A stretch of 32,116 bases of DNA, taken from positions 1 to 32,116 of the forward strand of contig JAFGXK010000295.1 in assembly GCA_016936695.1 (NCBI GenBank), written 5' to 3'. The notes beneath the pieces were generated by a model. That model ran no database searches and had not been told where the DNA came from. It worked only from the letters and a program-made list of their open reading frames with translations. This DNA is from Bacteroidales bacterium. Its GTDB lineage: Bacteria > Bacteroidota > Bacteroidia > Bacteroidales > VadinHA17. A program made the position numbers and the translations under genes. Positions 1 to 9,025 of this stretch are shown piece after piece (position 1 is the first letter of the stretch; each line of letters starts with the position of its first letter).

Positions 1-1
1 A

Positions 2-694
2 TGCAACATGCGCCAGTGAGGAATAGAACACCCTTCCCTTGCCATAGACCTTTTTCCAGACTACCGGCACCACATTTCCTCCAATCCATTCAGAGTGTTT
101 GTCGGTGAAGGTTGTTGTGGCAAGAACCTTTACGTTGGGATCCACATGAACGTAATACTGCTCGGAGTGCATGTCGAAGTCCTCTAGGCCCTTTGTTACC
201 GGATCAATGTGGTCCGTAATGTTCACCCTGTAATCAATTACACCTCCCGGATGTGCAACCCATTGTCCACCAACCATGAACTGGTATTCGGTATTGTTCC
301 TGAATGAGTCGCCGAGACCTCCGTGCCATCCGGCAATTCCCGTTCCTGACTTGACGGCTTCAAGAAGGGCTCTTTCCTGGTCGTTCTTGATTGTACCCAT
401 CGTCCATGTCTGAATGATCAGGTCGAAATCCTTCTTGAGATCGAGCTGGGTATAGGAGTCGAGGGTATCGGACACAAGCACCTCCGCACCTTCCGATTTC
501 ATCCATGGGACAAAGATATCGCGGCACTTGTCGGGTTCATGGCCCATCCATCCGCCCCAGACGAACAGAACCTTCTTTCCGTTAAGTACAGTTGCCGGGG
601 GTTCCGGGAATTTCATCCCTGCCACCCGGGGAGCAATTATTGCACCGGCTGCAAGAGCAGCGCTTTTTGAAATAAATGACCTGCGTGAAACCAT
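2..694 (-). CDS. ThuA-like (class I glutamine amidotransferase-like fold) protein with Tat signal; 3' end runs off the window
   Basis: Not in the ORF track. Manual translation from the ATG at 694 gives MVSRRSFISKSAALAAGA...KKVLFVWGGWMGHEP...GIAGWHGGLGDSFR...GGQWVAHPGG...SEQYYVHVDP...WKKVYGKGRVFYSSLAHVA, open to the window edge. SRRSFI is a twin-arginine motif. Confidence 0.88.
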   Translation of the reverse strand, partial: MVSRRSFISKSAALAAGAIIAPRVAGMKFPEPPATVLNGKKVLFVWGGWMGHEPDKCRDIFVPWMKSEGAEVLVSDTLDSYTQLDLKKDFDLIIQTWTMGTIKNDQERALLEAVKSGTGIAGWHGGLGDSFRNNTEYQFMVGGQWVAHPGGVIDYRVNITDHIDPVTKGLEDFDMHSEQYYVHVDPNVKVLATTTFTDKHSEWIGGNVVPVVWKKVYGKGRVFYSSLAHVA

Positions 695-901
695 GTTTTA
701 AGATTTTCACGTAAGATAATAAATTTAATTTTCTGATATCCATTGATGGGCATAAAACCTGATTATTGCTCTTCATATGGAGCCTGGTAATGTACAGGTT
801 AAGGCAGCTCTTTTGTTTAAAATTATTCTTAATTAAATTTTCTTTGAAGCAAAACCATAATTTATCCGTCTTTAATGCGGACATGAAAAGAATGACAACA
901 A

Positions 902-3556
902 ATGAGAAAGAATAGCCTGGTTTTTATCTGTTTGCTGCTTATATCCGCAGTCGTAACCGGACAAACGACTGAAAAGAAGAGATATACAGCAACAAAAGTA
1001 ACAAGCGCCCCTTCAATCGACGGAATTCTGGATGACGAAACCTGGAAGGAGGGTACGTGGATAGATGACTTTACCCAGTTTGAACCATACAACGGAGCAA
1101 AGGCATCGCAGAGGACTGAGTTCAAGATCCTGTTTGACAATGACAATATCTATGCTGCCTTCAAGGCTTATGACACCAGTCCCGACAGCATTGTACACCG
1201 TTTAACAAGACGTGATGAACCTGACGGCGACCTTGTTGCAGTTATATTCGACAGCTTCCACGACCTCCGCACCGCTTTTATGTTCGGAATTGCTTCAAGC
1301 GGAGTCAAGTATGATCAGATGCTGACCAACGATGGGGATAATGAGGACACCTCGTGGGATCCCAACTGGTGGGTGAAGACATCGGTTAACAGCGAAGGCT
1401 GGATAGCCGAAATGAAGATACCTTTCAGCCAGGTGAGGTTTGAAAAGAATTCGGGGGAAATATGGGGCCTTGAGGTTGTACGCAGTCTGTACAGGAAAAA
1501 CGAAATGTCCTTCTGGCAGCATATCCCTAAGGATTCCCCTGGTCTGGTTCACATGTTCGGGGAACTTGCCGGACTGGAACAGATTAAGCCGCGGAAGATT
1601 TTCGATGTTACCCCCTACGGGGTGGTGAAGCTCGAATCGTTCAGGGCTGAACCCGGAAATCCGTTTCTTGCCAAAGGAAGAAAGTACGGCATTAACGGAG
1701 GGATTGATGCCAAGATCGGGGTGACCAACAATATGACAATGGACCTCACAATCAATCCTGACTTCGGGCAGGTGGAAGCTGACCCGTCGGAAGTGAATCT
1801 TTCAGCTTATGAAACATTTTTCAGTGAAAGACGGCCTTTCTTCATCGAGGGTAACAATATCACCAATTTCAACCTGGGAATCGGCGACGGCGACGTGGGA
1901 AATGATAATCTCTTCTATTCCAGAAGGATAGGACGACGTCCACAGGGGAATCCCGATCTTGAGGACGGGATGTATTCAGACGTACCGAATTTCACTACAA
2001 TTATCGGAGCAGCCAAACTCACAGGAAAAACCAAGAACGGGCTTTCACTCGGATTCATCGAAGCGGTTACAAGTGAAGAAAAGGCTGAGATCGATAACAA
2101 CGGAGAAAGAAGTTATGAAACCGTCGAGCCTTTAACCAACTACATGGTTGGCCGGGTTCAGAAGGATTTCAATGAAGGGAAGACAATTGTGGGAGCCATT
2201 TTCACAGGCACAACACGGAATCTTGATGAAAACCTGGATGATATAATGCATAAGTCGGCCTATTCAGGCGGAGTGGACTTCACCCAGTACCTGAAGGGAA
2301 AGGACTGGATGATAAACATCAACACCGCTTTCAGCCAGGTGAGGGGAACAACCGACGTCCTTGAACGCACACAGAAGTCATCGGCAAGGTATTTCCAGAG
2401 GCCTGATAAGGATTATGCAATATACGATCCGACGCGGACATCTCTATCAGGAGCTGGAGGAAGAGTGCAGGTCGGAAAACTCAACGGGCATCTGAACCTT
2501 ATGAGTGTTGTTTTATGGAAGACTCCCGGATTTGAAATCAACGACATCGGATACCTTATGCAGGCCGACAGAATTATGCCCTTGCTCTGGGCAGGTTACA
2601 ACCAGTGGGAGCCAAAAGGTATTTACCGCAGCTTCAATGTGAACACCGATATCTGGTCAATGTACAACTTTGGCGGAGTTAAAATTCAAACCGGACTGGA
2701 GGCAAACATCAGAATGACATTCAAAAATTTCTGGAACGCATGGATATATGGCAACATCCAGACAAACGCCAACGACCCGTCGCTTCTGAGGGGAGGACCG
2801 ATAATGATTACTCCCGGCCGTTATTTTACAAATGCAGGATTCTCGACAGATGACAGGAAAAAACTGGTGTTGATTTTCTACGGGAATTACAGCCGGGGAT
2901 TTGAGAACAACCAGGATAACCTGAATCTCGGAACAGGACTTTCATACAAACCGACCAACTACCTGAGAATTTCGCTGAACCCTGGGATTTCAAAATCATT
3001 CACTGAACTTCAGTATGTTACCAAAATAAACATAGGCGACAACGACAGATATATCTTTGCCAGCATCGACCGAAGAACCATAAATACATCCCTGAGGGTG
3101 AATCTAAACCTCAGTCCCGACCTTACCTTACAATACTGGGGCCAGCCCTTTATAGCTTCCGGAAAGTATTACGACTATAAATATATTACCGATCCTGTAG
3201 CAGATCAATTCAGGGACAGGTTCCATATCTATTCAGGTAATGAAATAATCCGGGCTGAGAATTCTGCTGAAATTGATGAAAACCTTGATGGAACAGTCGA
3301 TTACAGTTTTAGCACCGGAGACTTCAATGTACAGGAAATCCTATCAAACCTTGTGGTAAGGTGGGAGTATTCTCCCGGTTCATCCCTGTACCTCGTATGG
3401 AGTCAGACCAGAAGCGGATTCAATCCGTCGGGACAAATGGAATACCTGGATAATATGGGCGATCTCTTCAATCGCAGTCTTTTCCGCAACGACGACGATT
3501 ACCGGTTGAAGAATGTGTTCCTTGTAAAATTCAGCTACAGGTTCGGGCTGAATTAA
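902..3556 (+). CDS. CBM9-like (DOMON) + DUF5916 domain protein, probable outer-membrane beta-barrel
   Basis: Signal peptide followed by Gln (VVTG|QTT). N-terminal P-x-IDG-x-LD-D-x-x-W and GWIAEMKIPF CBM9-like motifs; TINPDFGQVEAD and ERRPFF.EG DUF5916 motifs; C-terminal beta-signal-like FLVKFSYRF. Confidence 0.85.
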   Translation: MRKNSLVFICLLLISAVVTGQTTEKKRYTATKVTSAPSIDGILDDETWKEGTWIDDFTQFEPYNGAKASQRTEFKILFDNDNIYAAFKAYDTSPDSIVHRLTRRDEPDGDLVAVIFDSFHDLRTAFMFGIASSGVKYDQMLTNDGDNEDTSWDPNWWVKTSVNSEGWIAEMKIPFSQVRFEKNSGEIWGLEVVRSLYRKNEMSFWQHIPKDSPGLVHMFGELAGLEQIKPRKIFDVTPYGVVKLESFRAEPGNPFLAKGRKYGINGGIDAKIGVTNNMTMDLTINPDFGQVEADPSEVNLSAYETFFSERRPFFIEGNNITNFNLGIGDGDVGNDNLFYSRRIGRRPQGNPDLEDGMYSDVPNFTTIIGAAKLTGKTKNGLSLGFIEAVTSEEKAEIDNNGERSYETVEPLTNYMVGRVQKDFNEGKTIVGAIFTGTTRNLDENLDDIMHKSAYSGGVDFTQYLKGKDWMININTAFSQVRGTTDVLERTQKSSARYFQRPDKDYAIYDPTRTSLSGAGGRVQVGKLNGHLNLMSVVLWKTPGFEINDIGYLMQADRIMPLLWAGYNQWEPKGIYRSFNVNTDIWSMYNFGGVKIQTGLEANIRMTFKNFWNAWIYGNIQTNANDPSLLRGGPIMITPGRYFTNAGFSTDDRKKLVLIFYGNYSRGFENNQDNLNLGTGLSYKPTNYLRISLNPGISKSFTELQYVTKINIGDNDRYIFASIDRRTINTSLRVNLNLSPDLTLQYWGQPFIASGKYYDYKYITDPVADQFRDRFHIYSGNEIIRAENSAEIDENLDGTVDYSFSTGDFNVQEILSNLVVRWEYSPGSSLYLVWSQTRSGFNPSGQMEYLDNMGDLFNRSLFRNDDDYRLKNVFLVKFSYRFGLN

Positions 3557-3557
3557 G

Positions 3558-3639
3558 AGGTACCAGGTATGCGGTACGAGGTACGAGGCGATCTTACCGC
3601 GAATCGCATGCTGAATAGCGCAAACCGTATTTCACGGTC
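3558..3639. repeat. Two facing degenerate heptamer arrays between convergent genes
   Basis: + strand AGGTACC AGGTATG CGGTACG AGGTACG at 3558-3585. A looser 7-bp periodic run follows (CTTACCG CGAATCG CATGCTG AATAGCG CAAACCG), apparently in the opposite orientation. Confidence 0.55.
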
Positions 3640-4758
3640 TCATGGCTTCTGATCAGCAAGTATGAGCATTTCTTCGTACAGAGCCCTGAAACAATTCGCA
3701 GGTGTATTGCTGCCTTCTTCCTTTCTTCGGTCGTAGTATGTATCGAGGAACTGGCTGCTGCCCGACCATACGGTCTGAACCATTCCAAGGAATCGTCCCT
3801 TCATTTCCTGGGTTGAGCTGTTCCTGAACTTTAGCATATCTCCTGCCTGAATAACGGCGTTCTCAGGCATGCGCCAGGGACAGGTCACCACCCTTAATCC
3901 CTTCATTGCAAAATATACAGCAGTCTGATCGGGGCGCTCATAATGCCAGTCGCATATTACAACATCCTTTGGGATCATGTCGACAGCCCTGTAGGTATTG
4001 TTGAAGCTTGCTTCCCATTCGCCCAGTCCTGTTGTCTTACCATCAATCAGCCTGTCACCCCATATCCATAACTCTCTCCCCTTGAGAGCCAGGTGATCCC
4101 GGATCTTTCTTACCTCCCCTGCGAAGAGCTCCGCCGGGTCCCTTCCCGAGCATCTCGGGCACTGACGCTCGCCGATGTAGAACACCTCATCCATACCAGC
4201 ATGGAAAGCATCTGTTTCGAAGGCATGGCATACCTCATCGACCAGAGCGAAAACAACATCATGCACATCCGGATGAAGCGGACAGTAACTCTTGCAATAC
4301 AAGCCGTCGGGATTCGGCCAGACATACTTTTCAGGCATTTTTACATTTGGCGTCTCGTCAAATTCAGGATATTCCCTCAGCAGATTGCCGATCGTGCCCG
4401 CCCACGACTGATGCCCCAGTAGGTTTATCTGGGGAATTATCCGGATATCATGCTTGCGGCATTCCGTTACCAGCCGTTTCACATCCTGCATCGACAGGGC
4501 AACGGAATCCCTCAGTTCAGGATGGCTTTCGTAATGAAAATTGAAATCAACCCTGAGAATCAGTGTATTTACCTTTCGCGGTGCAAGCTCTTCCCCGATG
4601 AACTTTATGAATTCATTCAGCCCATCGGGTTGGGGCGCCCCGATGCAAAAACCCCGCACCGGAAAAATTGAATCAATCTTTTCGGTGTTTCCCGGCCATG
4701 CTTCTGCCGGATTGATAAAGAATAGTGCAGCCAGCACTGCAATAATTGACTTCTTCAT
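3640..4758 (-). CDS. Family 20 glycoside hydrolase-like protein (putative beta-N-acetylhexosaminidase), secreted
   Basis: Signal peptide; IIPQINLLGH; catalytic HAGMDE (GH20 H-x-G-x-D-E); IWGDRL and CDWHY. Confidence 0.8.
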   Translation of the reverse strand: MKKSIIAVLAALFFINPAEAWPGNTEKIDSIFPVRGFCIGAPQPDGLNEFIKFIGEELAPRKVNTLILRVDFNFHYESHPELRDSVALSMQDVKRLVTECRKHDIRIIPQINLLGHQSWAGTIGNLLREYPEFDETPNVKMPEKYVWPNPDGLYCKSYCPLHPDVHDVVFALVDEVCHAFETDAFHAGMDEVFYIGERQCPRCSGRDPAELFAGEVRKIRDHLALKGRELWIWGDRLIDGKTTGLGEWEASFNNTYRAVDMIPKDVVICDWHYERPDQTAVYFAMKGLRVVTCPWRMPENAVIQAGDMLKFRNSSTQEMKGRFLGMVQTVWSGSSQFLDTYYDRRKEEGSNTPANCFRALYEEMLILADQKP

Positions 4759-4769
4759 AGCAGGAATTA

Positions 4770-5915
4770 TCAGATTTTTGTTATTCCAAGTCCCGGCCTG
4801 TAAGGCAGGGCAACTATACCATCAACGACACTCAGGCCTGAGAAAGGATCGTTGCTTATCAGAAGGTTGCCATCGAGGTCGCACCAGTCGACCAGTGGTG
4901 AGAGTTGCGCGGCAGCAGAAATGGCGCATGATGTTTCGGTCATGCATCCTATCATTACTTTCATCCCGAAGGCCCGTGCCACATTCACAAGTTTCATTGC
5001 AGCATTCATCCCTCCGCATTTCATAAGCTTAATATTGATGCCTGAGTAAACACCTTTATTATCCAACAGGTCGGAGATATTCTTGATGGCTTCATCCCCG
5101 ATTATCGGAATGGGACTTTTCTCCGTAAGCCAGGCATTGTCATCCTTCATTTCCTTCGGAAGCGGCTGTTCAAGGAAGAGAACTCCTTTTTCCTTTAGCC
5201 ACCATGCCATTTCGAGAGCGTGATTACGGTCCTTCCATCCCTGGTTTACGTCAGCGCAGAGCGGTTTGTCGGTTATCGACCGGATGACCTCAATCATTTC
5301 CCTGTCGTTATCCCTTCCAAGTTTGACTTTAAGAACCTTGTAGGGTTCGGCCTCGAGTACCTTCTGCCTGATGACCTCAGGGGTATCAAGGCCTATTGTG
5401 AAGCTTGTGAGAGGTGCTTTTTCAGGATTAAGTCCGAACAATTTATAAAAAGGCTCACCGACCAGTTTTCCAATCAGGTCGTGCAGGGCAATGTCGATCG
5501 AAGCCTTGGCGGCAGGATTGCCCGGCATCACATTTTCGACATATTCGAGTATGTCGACCAGAAGGAAGGGATCGCTGAACTGCGAAAGGTTGACCCGTGA
5601 TAAGAATGTTGCCACCGATTCGTGGCTCTCTCCAAGGTAAGGCGGCATTGAGGCCTCGCCATACCCTATCACCCCATCGAACTCAACCTCTGTAAGCATC
5701 ACGGGGGTTGTGGTCCGCGAACTTGTGGAGAGAGTGAATGCGTGCCTGAGCTGAAGTGTATACGGGGTGAAAGTGAGTGCGAGCCTTCCGCCGGCTTTTC
5801 TTTTCCGTCTTAAGCTGGGGCTTATAAAAGAAGTCTCAGCGGCAGCGGCCTGAGTCCCTACCAATGTGCCGCCTATCAGGTAGCTGCTGTATTTTAGAAA
5901 ATCTCTTTTATTCAT
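4770..5915 (-). CDS. ykfB: Dipeptide epimerase (L-Ala-D/L-Glu epimerase, enolase superfamily) with Tat-like leader
   Basis: KVKLG (KxK), metal ligands ADVN / EQP / GDE, NIKLMKCGG and the DLD motif. Adjacent to ykfC. Leader MNKRDFLK...AAA. Confidence 0.9.
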   Translation of the reverse strand: MNKRDFLKYSSYLIGGTLVGTQAAAAETSFISPSLRRKRKAGGRLALTFTPYTLQLRHAFTLSTSSRTTTPVMLTEVEFDGVIGYGEASMPPYLGESHESVATFLSRVNLSQFSDPFLLVDILEYVENVMPGNPAAKASIDIALHDLIGKLVGEPFYKLFGLNPEKAPLTSFTIGLDTPEVIRQKVLEAEPYKVLKVKLGRDNDREMIEVIRSITDKPLCADVNQGWKDRNHALEMAWWLKEKGVLFLEQPLPKEMKDDNAWLTEKSPIPIIGDEAIKNISDLLDNKGVYSGINIKLMKCGGMNAAMKLVNVARAFGMKVMIGCMTETSCAISAAAQLSPLVDWCDLDGNLLISNDPFSGLSVVDGIVALPYRPGLGITKI

Positions 5916-5956
5916 GTTAAACTTTAATTAAAATTAACTACCAGCCATCAAATTAA

Positions 5957-7162
5957 CTAAAAATACCAATGGTGTTCCAGCAGGGGCATGGCTCCCTTCC
6001 CTGACGGTGTCCCGATCATCCTTCTTGCCCCCAGGTAGGAATCCCTCCGCGATTCGCTGAAATTGGTCCTTGTAGAATCGAGACTATTAATTTTTACCAT
6101 TCCTGAACAATGGATGAATTCACCGTTTCCGATATACATCCCCACATGGGTTGCCCTCGGCCGTCCGCGCCGTGATGACCCGAAGAACATCAGATCGCCT
6201 GTCTGGAGCGAATCGGGGAATGACTCCCTCCTTGCCCTGATTCTGATGCCGTTCTGAAACTGCTGCGATGCATCACGATCGAGGATTATTCCATTAAGAT
6301 AATAAACAGTTTTTACAAAGCCGCTGCAGTCGAATCCCTTCAGGGAGGTGCCTCCCCAGAGGTAAGGAATACCCATGAACGACTCTGCGGAAGAAACAAG
6401 GTTTTCCGGTGTAAGAAGTTCCCCGGCAGAAAGTTTTTCAAGACTGACAGCCCTGCCTGCCGGAATAAATCCACGGCGTCCGTCGGGAAGCTTAACATCA
6501 AATCCCTCACTGCCTGTTCCGGCGATTTCAACAATACAGCCGGCAACGATATCGGATATTGGCTTTTTCATTGATCTGTCAGCAAAGACATCACCCGTTT
6601 TGTCTGTATATAAGAGCCTTTCTGATGATCTCCACAACCTGTGTTCTTCAACTGATTTAACTGCAATGGCATCACTATCGACCCAGCCCAGGTACATATC
6701 GGGAGTCTGAACAAGAAGCCATCCTCCGTTCTGTTTGAAAATCTTCATGGGAGTACCCATCACTGCCTGGCTTACCATTTCGGCATCATACGATGATGTG
6801 AACCGGATATTGCAAACGCTCACAGTCACCAGTCCCCATGGAGAGGCTGCCAGCCCGGCTTCAGGCAGCACGATAAGGCTGTCCTGGAAAGTCACTCCCT
6901 TTTTTTCGAGAATGCCGGTTATTGCATCTTTTGATTCAGGAACCGTGGTTTCTCCCCTGAGAACAAATCCCGATTCAGAAGAGGTGAGTTGCACATCGAA
7001 GATTCCTTCCCTCAGATCAGGCACCCAGTCTATCCCTATAGAATCGATCAGATGGGTGAGATCTGGAGCAGCGCTTTCCTTCCGGGCACACCCGGTTGTT
7101 AAAAGAATAACAATGGGAAAGATTAATCCATTTAACCATGCTTTATGCCGTATCGTTCTCAT
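5957..7162 (-). CDS. ykfC: SH3b + NlpC/P60 (C40) gamma-D-glutamyl-diamino acid peptidase, lipoprotein
   Basis: Lipobox LTTGC; SH3b segment SQAVMG...YLGWV; PYLWGG, GFDCSG, RDASQQ, HVGMY and FIHCS (Cys-His-His triad). Confidence 0.9.
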   Translation of the reverse strand: MRTIRHKAWLNGLIFPIVILLTTGCARKESAAPDLTHLIDSIGIDWVPDLREGIFDVQLTSSESGFVLRGETTVPESKDAITGILEKKGVTFQDSLIVLPEAGLAASPWGLVTVSVCNIRFTSSYDAEMVSQAVMGTPMKIFKQNGGWLLVQTPDMYLGWVDSDAIAVKSVEEHRLWRSSERLLYTDKTGDVFADRSMKKPISDIVAGCIVEIAGTGSEGFDVKLPDGRRGFIPAGRAVSLEKLSAGELLTPENLVSSAESFMGIPYLWGGTSLKGFDCSGFVKTVYYLNGIILDRDASQQFQNGIRIRARRESFPDSLQTGDLMFFGSSRRGRPRATHVGMYIGNGEFIHCSGMVKINSLDSTRTNFSESRRDSYLGARRMIGTPSGKGAMPLLEHHWYF

Positions 7163-8508
7163 CTATCGTATATTATTTCCATTTCGTAATCCCACTTGTC
7201 AAAATAGAGGTTCCCTCCCTTCCATTCAACCTCACCCCTCTGGAAATCGAAGGGCTCGCTTCTCATAAAGGTCTTTTCGGGCCACAATATGCCTGCCACA
7301 CCTTTATTGATTATCAGCCTGTACGAATCGATTCCAGAAATATAGAATTCCCTGAGTTTCCTGTCGTCTGTATACTGAAGTCCGTAAGATATATCGGCCG
7401 GGATCCATCCGGTACCTTCAAAATAAACCTCGCACCAGTCGTGAAGGTTCTTCCCTCCGGGTGGCACCTTCCACCCGCTCTGCCATCGCACAGGGATTCC
7501 CTTGTAACGCAGCATCGACATCAGCAGGAAGGTCTGCATACCACAATCTCCCCTCCTGTTCTTAATTACATATTCCGGAATGTTGCTCATTAATGAGTAC
7601 TCCTGAGCGCCTGCCCAGGGTATGTTGTCAGTGAACCACAGATAGATCTTCCTGTAAATTTCAAAAGGGATTCCTTCCTCACCGGCAATGGAATCGGCAA
7701 GCCTCTTTACGTCCTCAGTAAAACAGATATGAGGGAGCTGTTCTGCAGTATACTTCATGTAAATCGATGAGGCCGTATCATATGGAAGAGAGCTGATTTT
7801 GACGGGATCGAAATATTGTCCCCGGGCTTCAAGGCTGAAGGATGTATTAAAGACCACCGGTTTTTCCTTTTCCGCCTTTGCCTCGAGATAGAGGGTCCGG
7901 TGAACAGCTGAATCGGGGGCAATCAGATAATTTCCCGGCAAAGCTGATATGAGTTTTACATTACCCTGTCTGGGATGATCCTCCCTGGGATAAGGCAGCC
8001 AGCATCTGACAGTCTCTCCGTGCGGAACTGCATCGGGAAACACGGTAAGGGTGTAGTTAATTGTCATGTTCATCGGGAGAACAGGGTTTGCTCCCGTTTC
8101 AGAGTCATTTATTATCGATTTTGTATGACTTTTTCTGTGAATGATCTCAGGCAGTGAAGCTTCTGCGCTGTCGCGTGAAGCCCGGTTAAAGTGAAAATCC
8201 ATCATGAGCTGAAGATTCAGGGCTGCCCTGCTAAAGTATCTCTTTTCCCCCTTTATTACCTTGTATTCCAGCCAGTTTCTTCTTTCCATTTCAGTCTTTT
8301 CCTCAGCAGTCAGCTTTCCGATCCTCTTTCTCAGTTGCCTGTCGATCTCCATCCCGGTATAAGGGAAATCAAGTGCAATCCTTTCTTCAATGATTGCTAG
8401 GGTATCGGAAGGTAAAACATGCTTTGTTGCAATTTCAGGAGACTGCCCGCATCCTGCCGTAATTGTCAGCAGCAATAGTGAAGCCAGTTGAAAAAGGTTG
8501 ATTTTCAT
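7159..8508 (-). CDS. Transglutaminase-like (Cys-His-Asp) domain lipoprotein
   Basis: Start moved to the ATG at 8508 (MKINLFQ..., lipobox TAGC). Triad motifs GDCGMQ, HDWCEVY and WIPAD. Stop overlaps the ykfC start (ATGA). Confidence 0.85.
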   Translation of the reverse strand: MKINLFQLASLLLLTITAGCGQSPEIATKHVLPSDTLAIIEERIALDFPYTGMEIDRQLRKRIGKLTAEEKTEMERRNWLEYKVIKGEKRYFSRAALNLQLMMDFHFNRASRDSAEASLPEIIHRKSHTKSIINDSETGANPVLPMNMTINYTLTVFPDAVPHGETVRCWLPYPREDHPRQGNVKLISALPGNYLIAPDSAVHRTLYLEAKAEKEKPVVFNTSFSLEARGQYFDPVKISSLPYDTASSIYMKYTAEQLPHICFTEDVKRLADSIAGEEGIPFEIYRKIYLWFTDNIPWAGAQEYSLMSNIPEYVIKNRRGDCGMQTFLLMSMLRYKGIPVRWQSGWKVPPGGKNLHDWCEVYFEGTGWIPADISYGLQYTDDRKLREFYISGIDSYRLIINKGVAGILWPEKTFMRSEPFDFQRGEVEWKGGNLYFDKWDYEMEIIYDR

Positions 8509-8602
8509 TTGTTGATTTCGCAAGCGTAAATTTATAAAAATAGGAATACAATCATGCATGACATTCCTTCTCCTGATAATATGTAGCTCCTTACCTGAGA
8601 CT

Positions 8603-8884
8603 CTAGTATTTAACCCTGAAATCCCTGTGATTCACAGGCGGATAAACATCTGTAGTGACCGATTCCACATATCCGGGCCCCTTTCTGCACCATTCGGTGA
8701 AATCCCTCAACTGCTTTCTTGTTCCCTCGGCCTCGATATAAACACTCCCGTCGGGCATATTTTTCACATACCCCTTTATCCCGCGGCTTGCAGCTTCCCT
8801 TACTGTCCGCCAGCGGAATCCCACTCCCTGAACATAACCCGTAACATGGATGCGGTACTGAAGTAATTCATCATTTTCCTTCAT
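8603..8884 (-). CDS. acyP: Acylphosphatase
   Basis: VTGYVQGVGFR and GYVKNMPDGSV signatures; 93 aa. Confidence 0.95.
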   Translation of the reverse strand: MKENDELLQYRIHVTGYVQGVGFRWRTVREAASRGIKGYVKNMPDGSVYIEAEGTRKQLRDFTEWCRKGPGYVESVTTDVYPPVNHRDFRVKY

Positions 8885-9025
8885 AATGAATGACGATGGG
8901 GTTTTGAGTATTAAAATTACTAAAAATTAAAAATCCGGGAGTAGTTCTTATAAAAACATTCCATCCATCCGGAACCTGAATTCAAAAATCCATTACCTTT
9001 AAAATTCAAGAAACACTTCATCATC

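Noticed and set aside
582-884. 100-aa minus-strand ORF with a Cys cluster
   Set aside because: It overlaps the ThuA-like gene in a different frame and an AT-rich promoter region.
8603-8884. Acylphosphatase as a detached HypF domain for hydrogenase maturation
   Set aside because: It is an ordinary stand-alone AcyP, 13 kb from the operon, with no other hyp genes nearby.
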